From contig OZ059895.1 in the NCBI GenBank assembly GCA_964057225.1, positions 14,570,001 to 14,634,000 on the forward strand: a stretch of DNA of 64,000 bases, in the 5' to 3' direction. The stretch is from Auanema rhodensis. Its lineage: Eukaryota > Animalia > Nematoda. The translations under genes were made by a program, and so were the position numbers. Positions 1 to 12,897 of this stretch are shown here, one piece after another (the first letter of the stretch is position 1; each line of letters opens with the position of its first letter). Below the pieces are notes generated by a model. The model made no database searches, was not told where the DNA came from, and saw only the letters and a list, made by a program, of their open reading frames with translations.

Positions 1-257
1 TTCCGTTTGATCTCATTTATCCTGTCTTATCATAGTTGGACTTTAATGTTTGTAGATAATTCGCAACTTATATTGTTAATTTGTACATTTGTTATTCTTC
101 TACACTTTTTTTGATATAATAATTATGTATATCCCATTACGTGTATAAAACTTACACACTACTCATTACTTGCACTTACCCAATAAGGTCTCAGAATTTC
201 CTCAATATCTTCTTTGTTTTCTTTCCTTGTTGATGATCATTTTATTATTATTCAGAT

Positions 258-1171
258 GAGAGCTAGTGGCAGCGGCTATACGCCGTATGCTTTGTATCCC
301 CCTAATAAACAAGCTGTCAAATGTGTTAAAAGGTAATAAAGACGTTTTATTTTCCGTCTATGTTCTATTATTGTGCTATTTAAGAACAACTGAGAATAGA
401 CCTAATGTTCAAGTAGTCACCTATGTTTATGAAGAAGATGGTTCAAATAAAATTACTTTACTAAAGGTATGTCTATATTATCATAAATATTGTTATAGTT
501 TTCTATTAGGCTGTTCCGCCGATTGATATTCCGCTCAAAGAAGACGAGGAATCAGCTAGTTTATTAGATAGTTCGATACAAGACGATCCAAACATTATAA
601 AAGAGGAGGATGATCGCCTAGGGGAACCCTTATCTCTTGATTCTAAATCAGTTCCTCAAGTAGCTGCTTTTGAAGAAGTTTCTGAACCTTCTTGCTCTAA
701 TAATCAACAAGGACAAGGACCACCAATTCATAGATATCCTAAGTTTGATTATTATAATTGTTCTTGAATTATGCCTGCTTTATCAGAACTTATGTTGAAC
801 GTAGTCGTCGTTGGACTTACAAAAGTGAAGCTTCAGTAGCAACGGCTGATGAAGATGGGTATGTTACTTTCTGTCGTTTTGAATTTTTGATTCATGAATT
901 GTCTTTAAGCCAATTGTATTATAATCCTGATCCATATCGCCCAGCCCCTCCAGCTAAAGGTGCTCCAAGTACTTTAACTCGTATGCATTATGCCGCCCAA
1001 AGAATAGATAATCGCAAATATAGGTTGGAATTATTTTCACTTTTTGCAAAAACTTGTTTTTCAGGGGTCAGAGGACTAAAGCAAGGGCAACTAATCAAAT
1101 GGAAAGTGCCTCTTGTGATAGGTATAGCATTTACGCAAGTTATCGTCAAATTTCTCACGTTTCAGGTGTAA
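258..1171 (+). CDS. Probable multi-exon gene of unknown function (acidic low-complexity segment); boundaries uncertain
   Basis: TTCAG|ATG at 258, plausible short GT-AG introns, open exon AVPPIDIPLKEDEESASLLDSSDKDDP...; no family recognised. Confidence 0.3.
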
Positions 1172-1434
1172 AATGCGTTTCTTTCTTCCATACAATCACT
1201 TTCGATCTCATATATCATATGCTCTTTCAACAAATAGATATGCTTTACCGCTCACCTTTTTCAACTGTCCAGTTTGTCATGCAGATACTCAAATTTTTAT
1301 GTAATTGATATATATATATATGTTATAAAGTTTTATTGTTTTATCTTATATAGTTTTTGGATTGCTATGAAACGTTCTCGTTGTCGTATGCTTACGCAGT
1401 AATGTGGATTGTTTTTCTAATTGAATATTAAAGG

Positions 1435-3203
1435 ATGAGATCGATTCCATCCAAGACAATCCCGAAGAGTACAGTTACTGCTTCCCCTTCAGTGATGCTT
1501 CGGCGAACTGGGCTTTTAGATAAGTAGGTAGAACAAAACAACTTTTCAATGTTTTGTGTTTTCTTAGATCCGATGGGGGACGAGTTCTATCTTCTCCTCG
1601 ATCACTGCGTCTCGCAGCACCAAAATCTGTTGTGGCTCAACAGATTCTTCGAAGAAATGAACCTCGAACTCAGACTCCTAGGCGACCACGACCCAGCTTG
1701 AATACCGCTATCCAGCAAACACCTGTTCAGAAAAAGCCGTCACCAAAAACTAAAACAATTACCATTATAGTAAGCGTTGACAAAGTGTATCTTAACAGCA
1801 GGTTTTCAGGATGAAGAAGCAAAAGAAAAGTTGTTGGTAGCTAGAGAGCTATTATCAGCTACGAAAGAAGAACTACAAGCAACACTTCTCGAGCTAGAAG
1901 AGGTTTTTGTGAAATATCTCTCGTTCAATATGAGAAAGTAGAATTGTAGACTAGACGTACTCTTGACTGTATGAAAGAAAAATATGAACAAGCTGTTGAA
2001 CTCAATAAGAATCTTGAACAGAAAAATCTGGAACAGGTGAATATTCCAAAATAAAAAGAAGGTATATTAAAATAATTAAGGCAAAAGAACTAACGGATAT
2101 AACAAATGAGTTAATTGAAAGAAGACGCAAAAGTACATCGCGTCAGATGTTTGGTAATTTGAAGGTATGAGTTAATTATTTCGGTTATAATATATATTTC
2201 TTCAAAACCTAAATCTAAATTTTTTGGAAAAAAAAAGTTTTTTTGGTCGAAAACTATTTGCATACAACCGATTAGTCGCTCATATTTTTGAAAATGACGT
2301 TTCTGAGCAATATCATGAAATATTCTTTATTTTATGCAAATCAAATGAAGTTGTTGTTTTAACTTATGGTAATATGTTGTAGAGTAACGCTTTCAATGAT
2401 GAGTTGAATGAAGAGCTGCAAGATGAAAATTTAGAAAACTTAATGCTTGTTCAAGCTCAAAAGAAGGTTACTGTCTTGAATGATGAGTTACAAGAAACTA
2501 AAAAAGAATTCCAAAAAAGCAAAGATGAGCATAAATCTCTGATGAAAGATATGCTAGTTGTTGTTCGTGTTGCACAAGCTCAGAAGGAAGAAGCTCAGTC
2601 TGAATTGCTCAAGTAATTTCTTTCTGTCGTCCTCAATTTCAAGTTTTTTTCAGGTTACAACAAAGATCAAAATCAAGCATTGAAACTGATGAAGATATGT
2701 GGGGTAACTTAATGAAGCGATGGAATAGCTCTTCAAGGCGCAATTCTCTGCTTGCATGGGTGCAGGAAGTGTATGCTATTTTAATATTTTTTATTACTTT
2801 GTGCCAAAGACGATGTAAATATCAAAGATAATTCAGTCTCACTGCTTATCTACCTCTGGCCGTGACCAACTTCAGCAGTGATTGGGAGGATGGTAAACTA
2901 TTCTGTGCCCTAATACATCATTGTCGACCTGATCTGGTATGTTCTTCCGACCTTTGTTCGTATAAAAATATTAGTTATCAATTTTGTTGTTCACCTTTTT
3001 TCCTTTAAAATCCCTTTTCCCTTTTATAGCTTAACCGAATGGATCTACAAGGAGATTGTGAAGAGCTAGCTGTTAGTCTTGCTGAGCAACTTGACATCAA
3101 AGCAATTACTGTATCCTTGTTTCAAAGTTCTGTTCCTGACTGGCGTCAAGTTATGATCGCCGTTTTCCAATTGTACAAAATTTCTCAGAGTTTAGAGCAA
3201 TAA
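1435..3203 (+). CDS. Coiled-coil protein with C-terminal calponin-homology domain (cytospin/SPECC1-like)
   Basis: Spliced exons give a Ser/Pro/Arg-rich N-terminus, a coiled coil, then SRRNSLLAWVQ...VTNFSSDWEDGKLFCALIHHCRPDL...PDWRQVMIAVFQLYK, typical of type-2 CH domains. Confidence 0.75.
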
Positions 3204-3616
3204 TACTTAACTTCTGCACGTATTTTTTGATCTCAAGATCTTTTCTGTATTTGAATGTTTTACTTCCTGGCTTTTCCTTGTTTACCATATGGTCTCACAT
3301 AATCTCAGATCTAACATAATGAGTCTCACTTTTTATGATTTTCACGGGCTGGTAAACCGACTTGTTAAATACGCCGAATAATCGTTTTAATCTTTTATGA
3401 ATTTTCAATTGTAATATGAACTCTATTAAATGATAATCCTTCACAGGGTTTAACTCAAAATAACATTGGTTGCTGAGCCAATAATCATATTTGAGCTGAT
3501 TGATAGCAAATAATTCACTATCTTAACTGCTTGTCTTTGCCTGATAACGTTTTCTCCTTGACATTTATAAAGATTTGTGTTTGTTTACGAACTTTTTTCC
3601 AGAGAACTTGGCCAAA

Positions 3617-5669
3617 ATGGTTGGGGTAATTCAATTCATAAAAGATTTGAAGATTACTGTTGAGCCAATCATGTTCCTTTTGGCTGCAGCTAATTCCTTC
3701 AGGTACTGTAGTCTTACTCTTTTTAGTTTTTTAATCTTTTTTCTTGTCAGGCAGATTGTTTCTCCAAAGTTATTAGAAGAAAAAATGAGATCAGTTTATC
3801 CAGCTCCTGCGAACATGTCGGAACATGCTCTGAAAAAGTTTTATAATGCCAAAATGGTGGAATGGGACAACAATTACCAATATGTTAACTTGCCAATTGC
3901 TTGTATAGTTGGTATCATGTATGGTTTGTTAATTATTCAACTTTGTAATAATGTAATGGATCCAAATATTTAGGAGGATTCAGTGATCACTATGGCCGAA
4001 AGTTTCCTTTACTTATTGGTTTGAACAGTTTAATTGTTGAAACAGCATGTCAGTTGTTTAACGATAGTTTCTCAATTCAATAATTGTTTAGTAAGGATGC
4101 TCATGTATTCTCCTGAAACAAATTGGTCAATTGAATGGATATTCCCAACTGCCTTGTTTGCAGGTATATTTTGCGATTTCATCCTTTTTTTTAATTCAAT
4201 CTTCTTCAGGTTTACTTGGTGATCAGTTGCTAACCATGAGTTGTATCAACGCTTATGTAACTGATACATTCGAAAACAAAAAAGTCGTAAGTATTCAAGA
4301 AAACAATTTCTCTGTTTTTATATTCGAAGTCCAGTTTAGCTATCCATTCGGATGATTATCGTGTCCATTATGTTCAGTTTGGGATCTTTTGTTTCTTCAA
4401 GAACTGTAAAAGCTATTCTTAAGGCTAAACTTTTATCTCTAATTGGAATCCTTGGCATAGCTGAAGGTATTTTCTAAAACTATCTATGTGCGGTAAAAAA
4501 TGTTTTACAGGCATGTATTGCTTCACTTTTCTGATTGGAATAGTTATTCTGAAAAATGTGGTGCCAAAAAAAAAGGATACTAGCTTATTAAGAGAAGGAG
4601 ATTCAACAATTCCGAGTGATGTATCTGACGAAGTTGTTGTTGTTCAAACTACAGCAGAAAAGTTTTTTTACTTTATTTTTATTCACTCAAAGAGTTTTTT
4701 CAAGGAAAACATTGGGAGGTATCATATTCTTGTCCTTCTATTCCATTTATGATGCTGCTAAAATATTCTTCATACCCAGAGAAGGCCACAGACGGCTCTT
4801 CTTGTATTTGTGCTTCTTTGCCAATTTCTTAGATCAATTAGTATTTGGCGAAGAAAAAGGTTTAGTTTTCTATAACGTTAACGTAACATAGATCAAAATG
4901 TGTTTAAGGTTTGATTGGAACATATACCAGACTTCCTCCTTTTAATTGGGAGCCTGAAACTTACGCTGAATATAAGTCTTGGCGACCAATAGTCCGTAAG
5001 CGATCTGATTAATGTTTTGGAAACTGTGATTGTTTTTCAGAAATTCTTGGTATGCTTTTTGGAATGCTAGTATTCAAGAACTTATTGAAATTAAAAGATA
5101 CCATGGTTATCTGTTTTGCTATCAGTAGCATGGGTGCTTGCGTCCTCATGATTGGTCTAGCTAAAGTACACTACTAATAGTTTAGCCCTAAGTTATGGTT
5201 TCACTTTAGGCCACCTGGGTGATTTTTGCTAGTATGGCTCCTGGAAGTCTTCACGGCCTTCTGAATCCCTTAACATATTCATTTATGTCGTGTTTAGTTG
5301 AACCGGATGAGGTTAGTGCGAAAGCTAAAGTTCTGCAATAGAAATTTTACTGATATACAATATCATTATTCTTCATGGATTTCTCTTTACCATACTTAAT
5401 TCCACCATAATTACAGATAGGAAAAGCTTATGCTATGAGTACAATTGCTCAGAAACTTGCAGAAATGGCGCAAACAGCTATTTTACAAAATATTTATATT
5501 GCCACTTTGAACTGGTATCAGGTAGAAGATAACATTACAAAGAAATATAATGAAATATACATTACTTCAGGGTTTTGTTTGGATTCTTATGGCTGTTATA
5601 TCATACGTAGCCGTTGTAGTATATGCTGTCGTACATGTATTCGCATTACGAGAAGACATTGGAGCATAA
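3617..5669 (+). CDS. MFS transporter, SLC46 (PCFT/heme carrier)-like
   Basis: KITVEPIMFL N-terminal motif, GGFSDHYGRK loop, VEPDEIGKAYA motif, many hydrophobic exons with GT-AG introns. Confidence 0.8.
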
Positions 5670-6208
5670 TCAATCAGTCAAACATTCTTTTTCAAAGATT
5701 TTGAATTTGAAATATAATTCCATTTAATAAAAATTTATAATAGGAAGCAACTGCTACATCGAATCCCTCTCCCTATTCTTCTGACTTATGTTGACATACA
5801 GCTAATTAGCATAATCGGTAATGTTTAACGTGTGTACAGTATCAACAAGATGATATACTTGACTAGACAACTTAACAATTTTTAAAAAAAAAATTCAAAA
5901 TCTGTATTTAGTTGAAGCATTTCATAAACTTAAATGCTATCCAAACAAACAATTTTAAATTATATATTGACGATTTATATCTAACTGTATAATTATACAT
6001 TTAATTGAAGTTGTTTGTCGTAGAATAAAGAATAACAAATAGTTTATATATTTTTTTACATTAGTTTTCTTAAAATCTTGTAATGTGCATTACATTATTA
6101 ACAGAAAATGTAGAAATACTTACAAATTTACAATTCTTTATATTCTCTACAAACTTTTCACTATTTATATTATCTTTATATATAATTATTCATCATTCTC
6201 CAATTCAA

Positions 6209-7365
6209 ATGTCACCTTATAAATATTTTCTAATTGTTCATTTGATATGGTGAGTTCAACTAATTATTCTATTCAATTCTATATAATTTACAACTTTTAA
6301 GCTTTATATTACAAGATTTTACCATGGGGGTATGCTTGTCATTCATTATATATCCAGAAATTTGGGGATTTCGTCAGATAGGTTTAACATCAATGTTAGG
6401 GATATCTGTTAACTATGCCGTTTATGCGGGAGGCTTTTTCTCTTTTGGTACTGTATGAATTTAAAAAAATCACAATGACTCTAAAGTTGTTGCAGAAGTT
6501 CTTGGCATCTATACACACATGTTAATATTTCGGACAAGAGTTATAATTCCACAATCTCATCCATTTTATTTTAATAAATACATTCATTCCATACTTCTTG
6601 CTTTTTCCCATAGTTTAGGATTTGTTGTTTGCTTTTATATTTATATGGCAACTTCTACGGATTTTCAAGATAAGTACAATCAATTACAGGTCTGTATATA
6701 TCTTCTAATTTCCATCATATATGCAGATTCTAGATTTTCAATATATGTAAGGAAAGTTATGCTTCAATATTAATGAATAATGATGTTATAATCATACTTC
6801 ATGATCAAATAAAATTCGTAACAAACCACTATACTGTTAACATTTCGATTGTTCTAATCATATGGATGACGACATTTGCAGTTTGTTCACATAGTTTATA
6901 TTCTTCGCGTTCTGTTTTATCTAAAAGAACAAGAAAACTACAAAAATCTCTTCTACGAACTTTGTTTCTTCAGGTTTATTGGTATACTGTAATTTTTCAA
7001 ATACTCCCCCACTTATAGATTTTTATTCCATTATCGCTAATGATTGTACCGTCCGTAACGGTACTGTTAATAGATTCGACAGGTTCAATTCTAATTAATA
7101 AGGTCTTGCAACGAAAACAATTTAGTTTATGGGTTTATTGGTGTGCTGATATATTCTACACATGGTATAGCTAATATAATGGTTATGCTATTTGGACACA
7201 GAGAATATCGTAGAACATTGCTTACATGGATCAGAACTTTTTTGGTAAAACCAAGTAGAATAGTTATTAGAAACTCTAGTTTATGCTATTCTTAATTCAG
7301 ATTCAGCCAAAATTTCACTTGGACGTGTCGTTAATCCAACAATCAATACGACCAGTGTTATCTAA
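6209..7365 (+). CDS. Nematode serpentine chemoreceptor (Srh/Str superfamily); 5' end uncertain
   Basis: YKYFLIVHLIW, SKRTRKLQKSLLRTLFLQ|IFIPL and STHG...HREYRR motifs characteristic of the Str/Srh class. Confidence 0.7.
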
Positions 7366-7771
7366 TGATTGAAATGATAGTTACGATAAATGAAAATATA
7401 TTTTTAATTCCAAAATAATTTATACAACTAGTGAAATTACATGAAAAATTAATTTTTATACAGTTTTTATAAGAATTAATATTCTATCAATTATTCTTAA
7501 TCTCCTCGTGCCTAAGTGCAACCGCTCTGTTCGGATTAACTGTTAACAATGCTTCATTTCAAATATATTTGAATCTTTTTCGTCTTAACATATTGATTTT
7601 TGAAAAAAAAGATGTAAGAATATGATTCAAAAACTTTAAAACATATAAGTTGAAACAATGCTTATGATTACATAGCCCACGCATTATCAAACATTTTGCA
7701 AAAGTGTTAGATCTCATTTACAGATTATTACATTGGCTCATTAAGAGAACCATGTTGAAACACCGCCTCCT

Positions 7772-7783
7772 GATATATAAAAG
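7772..7783 (+). promoter_or_regulatory. Candidate TATA box for the Gag-like ORF
   Basis: GATATATAAAAG about 150 nt upstream of the ATG at 7930. Confidence 0.35.
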
Positions 7784-7929
7784 CTTTTCCAAAGATTGGG
7801 TAAGATTCATTAAACACTGATTTGATTCTGCTTACACTTCACTGCTTGCTACTGTATTTGGAGCTATTCGACTACTTGCAACTCCTTCTTCTACAACTTT
7901 TTCTTCGTCATTCAACTGATTTTTGAAGA

Positions 7930-9429
7930 ATGGATTACTATAAAAACAAGTATGCTCCAATTGCTACATTAGCCAATGTGTTGCATAATTATCGACTGAC
8001 ATACACTAATTCTAAAAAATTGTGTAAGACTGCTATTACGACCGCCTCCAGCATTCCATCTAGCTTCAAATTTCCGATAGACAAAGATCTATGTGCTTCA
8101 TATATTGAGAAGATGCGTGGTCTTACTACGCATGCTTATCTCATAATAGCTACATGTCAGAAGATTGTACATTACCATGTATGCGTCTTGAAACAATCTC
8201 TTGCATATCTGGAAGACAGAACTCATCCTCTCTATCCTAAGCAATTCACAGAAGAACTTAGTGAACTGAACAAGCATTTATTACGTATAGCTTTTGATCG
8301 ATTACAAGAACCGTCTTCTCAATCTCAAACCTCATCCATGAGAAATGTCAAACCATATCCCGATACTCAACATGCTCGCAAACCTGAACCTACATCTAGT
8401 GAACCTGCTTCTAATCGTGTTCAAGTTAATCGTACTGTTGAACCTATCTCCGATGTTAAGTCTGAGCTCGATACTAAGCCTATTCACAACGCTAAAGCTA
8501 TACCCAACGCTGAATCCAAGCAAAACACTAAACCAGCTCTCAGTGCTAAGGCCAAACTTAAAACTAAACCTATAATGAATGTCAATCCTATCCTCGATAC
8601 TACATCTCTTCCCGATGTAAAGCCTATTATCGATGCAAAACCTATCCAGAAAACAAAGCCTGTCCAACTTCGTTCTCTCTCATATGCTGATAGATTACCT
8701 GATAACATGAAACACCTAATTGATTCTACTAATATCTTAACTATGCCCATATCTGTTTTAAAAACTCATCCATCCTTATCAAACTTTGTTATGGAATTAT
8801 CAATCAAAGCTCTTGGTAAGAAACATCCAAAGGAAGTTCAAGATATAATTGATGAAATTGGTATAATTAGCAAACAACTGAAACAATCATTATATCCCCA
8901 AGTAGAATTGAATTTTGATAATTTAGTAGAACGACTGAAAGAACTAGATGAAGCACAACTAACTCATGATCCTTCATATGCTGACTTCTTGAAAACAAAT
9001 CCATTAAATGAAAGACTTAAATTCAAAAAAGCCGATATCGATGAAACTTTTGCCGAAACTGTGGAAATTCACTTGAAATATATGCAATTTGATGTTCGAA
9101 ATACTCAAAACCTAATGGATGCAGCAGGCGCTGATAAGCATGAGTCAGTTAGTGATGAGCCTAAGTCTAAAATTCGCAAAACATCAATGATGAAATGTCC
9201 CGCTTGTATGGAATATGGCCATGTTATGGCTGACTGTAAGACATATCCTACAGCCGAAGCCCGAATAGCACAGTGTCGTCTACTAGACATCTGTACCAAC
9301 TGTTTATGGAGACATTCAGTTCTTACTGATAGGTGTAAGTCTGGAACAAGAAGTTCATGTCATTATTGCGAGTCGAATCATAAAAAATCCAAACATCCTT
9401 TTCCCCTTTGTCCCATCCGCTTTTCATGA
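7930..9429 (+). CDS. Intronless 499-aa protein with C-terminal triple Cys/His knuckle resembling BEL/Pao retrotransposon Gag
   Basis: CPACMEYGHVMADC...RIAQCRLLDICTNCLWRH...C...CHYC...HPFPLC; uninterrupted 1.5-kb ORF in an intron-rich genome. Confidence 0.7.
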   Translation: MDYYKNKYAPIATLANVLHNYRLTYTNSKKLCKTAITTASSIPSSFKFPIDKDLCASYIEKMRGLTTHAYLIIATCQKIVHYHVCVLKQSLAYLEDRTHPLYPKQFTEELSELNKHLLRIAFDRLQEPSSQSQTSSMRNVKPYPDTQHARKPEPTSSEPASNRVQVNRTVEPISDVKSELDTKPIHNAKAIPNAESKQNTKPALSAKAKLKTKPIMNVNPILDTTSLPDVKPIIDAKPIQKTKPVQLRSLSYADRLPDNMKHLIDSTNILTMPISVLKTHPSLSNFVMELSIKALGKKHPKEVQDIIDEIGIISKQLKQSLYPQVELNFDNLVERLKELDEAQLTHDPSYADFLKTNPLNERLKFKKADIDETFAETVEIHLKYMQFDVRNTQNLMDAAGADKHESVSDEPKSKIRKTSMMKCPACMEYGHVMADCKTYPTAEARIAQCRLLDICTNCLWRHSVLTDRCKSGTRSSCHYCESNHKKSKHPFPLCPIRFS

Positions 9430-10207
9430 TCTTGTTCTTCTTCGTGTCTCATTTTCATATCCGTTTAGCTTGTTCTCACCTAAGCTAATAGACAAATAAG
9501 GTGAGATATACTTTAAAGAATTCTAATCAAAGTAAACGATTATGATTTCAGATAGAGATGGTATAACATTTTATTTTTTTCATAAACATTATTAATATTA
9601 TTTACCAAAACTGCATGATACTATGGTAAGAATTGGTTTCTATTTTGAAAATTCTATCGAAATTTCTGAAAAAAGGTTGATGATTGATTGGCTGTTTAGA
9701 AAATGTTCGAATTTGGAGATGTAAAGTACTTCAGTACTTAAGTCCAATAAGGAAAATAAACGAATCATTCAAGTTGGAACATAAGAAACCTTGTTACTGT
9801 GAGTTTACATAGCATTTCTTATTAAATTTCTTCTCTACTTTCAGTTATTCATACCAATATACATGCATAAACAAACACATCATATCACATCATGTCACAC
9901 CATATCACATCTCCTCATGCTGCTTAGCCAATGATTAACAGCGTATATCAAGCCTATGCTATACTTCATAAGTACAACCTGTACATATTATATATTATAC
10001 AGTTAATTGTTTCAAAAATAAACATTTTCTCAATTAAAACAACAATCATTTTAATTTAATACATAAGAAAATGTTTTTGATTGTCATACTTGAGCTTTTC
10101 AATTTCAAAAAGTCTACTGTTCATGGAGCGCTATTCGATGAAAACGTTTTGTTTTATGTCGATATTATAGATGAAAGCCACCCAGCCAAGTACATTAGAT
10201 AGAAAAC

Positions 10208-10305
10208 AGCATAATCACTATATTAGCTATACCATGTGTAGGATATGAGCACACCAATAAACCCATAAACTAAATTGTTTTCGTTGCGAGACCTTATCAG
10301 TTAGA
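10208..10305 (-). pseudogene. Inverted, frameshifted fragment of the neighbouring chemoreceptor gene (copy of ~7091-7189)
   Basis: Reverse complement reads AAGGTCTCGCAACGAAAACAATTTAGTTTATGGGTTTATTGGTGTGCT..., matching 7100-7189 with few substitutions and a 2-nt indel. Confidence 0.85.
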
Positions 10306-11744
10306 CTTTCATATACAGGGTTCAAAATGTCTATCAATACCACCTTCTGCAGCAATTTCTTATTATATTACAGCATTTTTCTTGTATTTTATATACATAA
10401 GCATATGAAAAGCATATATGTATGTATAATCCAGTTAAAGATGCTAAGACTGTCTGACGAAATCATCAAATATCTCGATATATCACTAATGATAAACATA
10501 CTCAACAATGAAACTGAAAAGAATGTAATTACGTAATAAGAAGTTAATTAACTAAACTAATGAAGATCAACAATCAAAATATATTTGATACAGAGATTAA
10601 TAACTAATTATATATATATAAAGATAGTAAAAATAATAGCAAATGAATTAAAAATAAAATATGTTGTAGGGAAATATATGTAGGAAAACCAAATTATTCA
10701 TTTAAAATTTATTTGATATAGTCATGTGGGGAACAACAAATACGAATTTCTTAATGATAACTGGAAAATAATTTTTAATTTTAAGTTTATATAAGATATA
10801 TGACATTCTTTTTAAAAATATGTGTTTTATTTCTTTAAAACTTTAATTCAAACAAACCTGAAAAAACAAGAGGAAATATAAAACTTCAAAAAAGGAAATA
10901 TATAAAAATTAATTTTACTTTTAATAACTTGAAAACAAAGCTGTTAAATCTAATGTTATATTCTAATCTAAAATAAATAATATTTCTAATCCTATCAAAC
11001 ACACATTATAATCTCAATACTTAGTAACAGCTTCTCAGCTTAACAGCTTGATAACGTTAAGACGTAGAATTGAGAAGATAATCGCTTTTCTGTAGTGGAA
11101 TTCTTAACCATACTTCGTTCAGTTGTGAGGAATTTTTGTTGAGCGTTACGAGCATGAAAGCCTATCAAACTACAGCTTTGATCAAAACCAAACATCCCCA
11201 TCAGTGTATTATGGAAACTAATAAACTGATATATCTTGGAGAAAATACATGAATTGCATTTCAAATTCTTAAATTTAAGATCATTGTGAACGTATAACTT
11301 TAAAGTTCTAAACATCAGCCTGTTGCTTGTAAAAGTTGGAGCCTTTATAGTTTTCAACTAGCAAATTCACAATTTTTCTCATATAATATAAAGAATGATC
11401 TCATAAGTGGTTTTTTCTTTTTAAATCAAAGAACAATAAAGGTTTCATAATTAATATATATAAATTGCAATTAAATTAATTATATCAGTACTAACATCTG
11501 CTCAATTATAAATTCAATAAGTTATTAATCTTTTTTTCAATTTATGGAGTTTATACTCATTATTAAAGATTAGTTAGTACAATATTTAATTTCCAATTTT
11601 TATTTCAATTATTATTAAAATCCAACGAGCGTTAATTTCAAAAATTATGAATTCTACTGTAATAACCCTCTACAATCACTTACAACAATGATAAACAAAG
11701 CTTAAACTTGGTAAACTAGCTTTCTAACTTCATATAGCTAATGC

Positions 11745-11837
11745 TGCTCTCCAGTGGAGAGCGTTCCAAAATTTAATTCGAACACAGAATGTTTCTGGTT
11801 GAATCAGGAAAGTACCTCAAACTTGGGTAATTAAACC
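11745..11837 (-). ncRNA. sls-1: SL1 spliced-leader RNA gene, copy 1
   Basis: Reverse complement gives GGTTTAATTACCCAAGTTTGAG|GT (exact 22-nt SL1 plus donor), Sm site AAATTTTGG, terminal hairpin GCTCTCC-ACT-GGAGAGC. Confidence 0.97.
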
Positions 11838-12085
11838 GACGAAGCAGTGTCACCCCCCAGTGGCATCAATGCACGTGTCGTATCACAGAGACGTGCTGTA
11901 TCTCTCCCCCTAACATGATAAAGACCGTCTCTCTTGACTAGACACCATGGGTCATACACACGTGTAGGCTACATCTGAACTTGGCTCATCTCAACTATAA
12001 TTCTCAGAATGATTATCATCTTCGTTGATTTTTCAATTTTAAAAATCCAAAGAACTTCATTCATCTAATGATTTTCGATTCATGT

Positions 12086-12178
12086 TGCTCTCCAGTGGAG
12101 AGCGTTCCAAAATTTAATTCGAACACAGAATGTTTCTGGTTGAATCAGGAAAGTACCTCAAACTTGGGTAATTAAACC
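12086..12178 (-). ncRNA. sls-1: SL1 spliced-leader RNA gene, copy 2
   Basis: Same SL1 exon, donor, Sm site and hairpins. Confidence 0.97.
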
Positions 12179-12407
12179 GAAGATGCAGTGTCACCTCCCA
12201 GTGCCGTCAATGTAGGCGCCGTATCCCATTGGGGTGCTGTGTCTGCCTCTAACCCACATAGAGATTGCCGTTTGTGAACAACCTCTCATACAGCCTGAAT
12301 ACAACTGCTCATCTCAACCCCAAATCCAAAAATGATCTTCATCCTCATTGACTTTTCTATTTTAAAAATCAAAGAAACTGATTTATCTAAAGACATTTGA
12401 TTCATGT

Positions 12408-12500
12408 TGCTCTCCAGTGGAGAGCGTTCCAAAATTTAATTCGAACACAGAACGTTTCTGGTTGAATCAGGAAAGTACCTCAAACTTGGGTAATTAAACC
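12408..12500 (-). ncRNA. sls-1: SL1 spliced-leader RNA gene, copy 3
   Basis: Same structure; stem-loop II loop ACG. Confidence 0.97.
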
Positions 12501-12897
12501 GAAGATGCAGTGTCACTGCCCAGTGCCGTCAATCGAAGCGCCGTATCCCATTGGGGTGCAGTGTCTGCCTTTAACCCACATAGAGATTGTGTCTCTTTAC
12601 CAGACAATGACTACTGCATAAGAGCCTGAACCAGAAAGCAGCCTAGATTTGTGACAATTTCCCATAGAGCCTGTGTATAACCGCTCTTTTCTACTGAAAT
12701 TTTAGAAATAAACGGTTATCTTCTTAAATTATATGAGCCTGAGCTACTTAGTACTTAAGTTCGTGAACAACCTCTCATACAGCCTGAATACAACTGCTCA
12801 TCTCAACCCCAATTCCAAAAATGATCTTCATCCTCATTGACTTTTCTATTTTAAAAATCCAAAGAACTTGATTCATCTAATGATTTTCGATTCATGT

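Noticed and set aside
8332-9299. Overlapping and antisense ORFs within the 499-aa ORF
   Set aside because: Shadows of the repetitive sense-strand coding sequence
7400-10000. LTRs or pol around the Gag-like ORF
   Set aside because: No long direct repeats and no RT/integrase motifs seen
11040-11357. 105-aa minus-strand ORF next to the SL1 array
   Set aside because: Non-ATG start, no recognisable motif, no coherent exon chain
11701-11716. SL-like TTTACCAAGTTTAAG downstream of copy 1
   Set aside because: Short and mismatched, with no donor or Sm site; compatible with chance
12501-12897. 5S rRNA gene in the SL1 spacer
   Set aside because: No resemblance to nematode 5S sequence on either strand by eye
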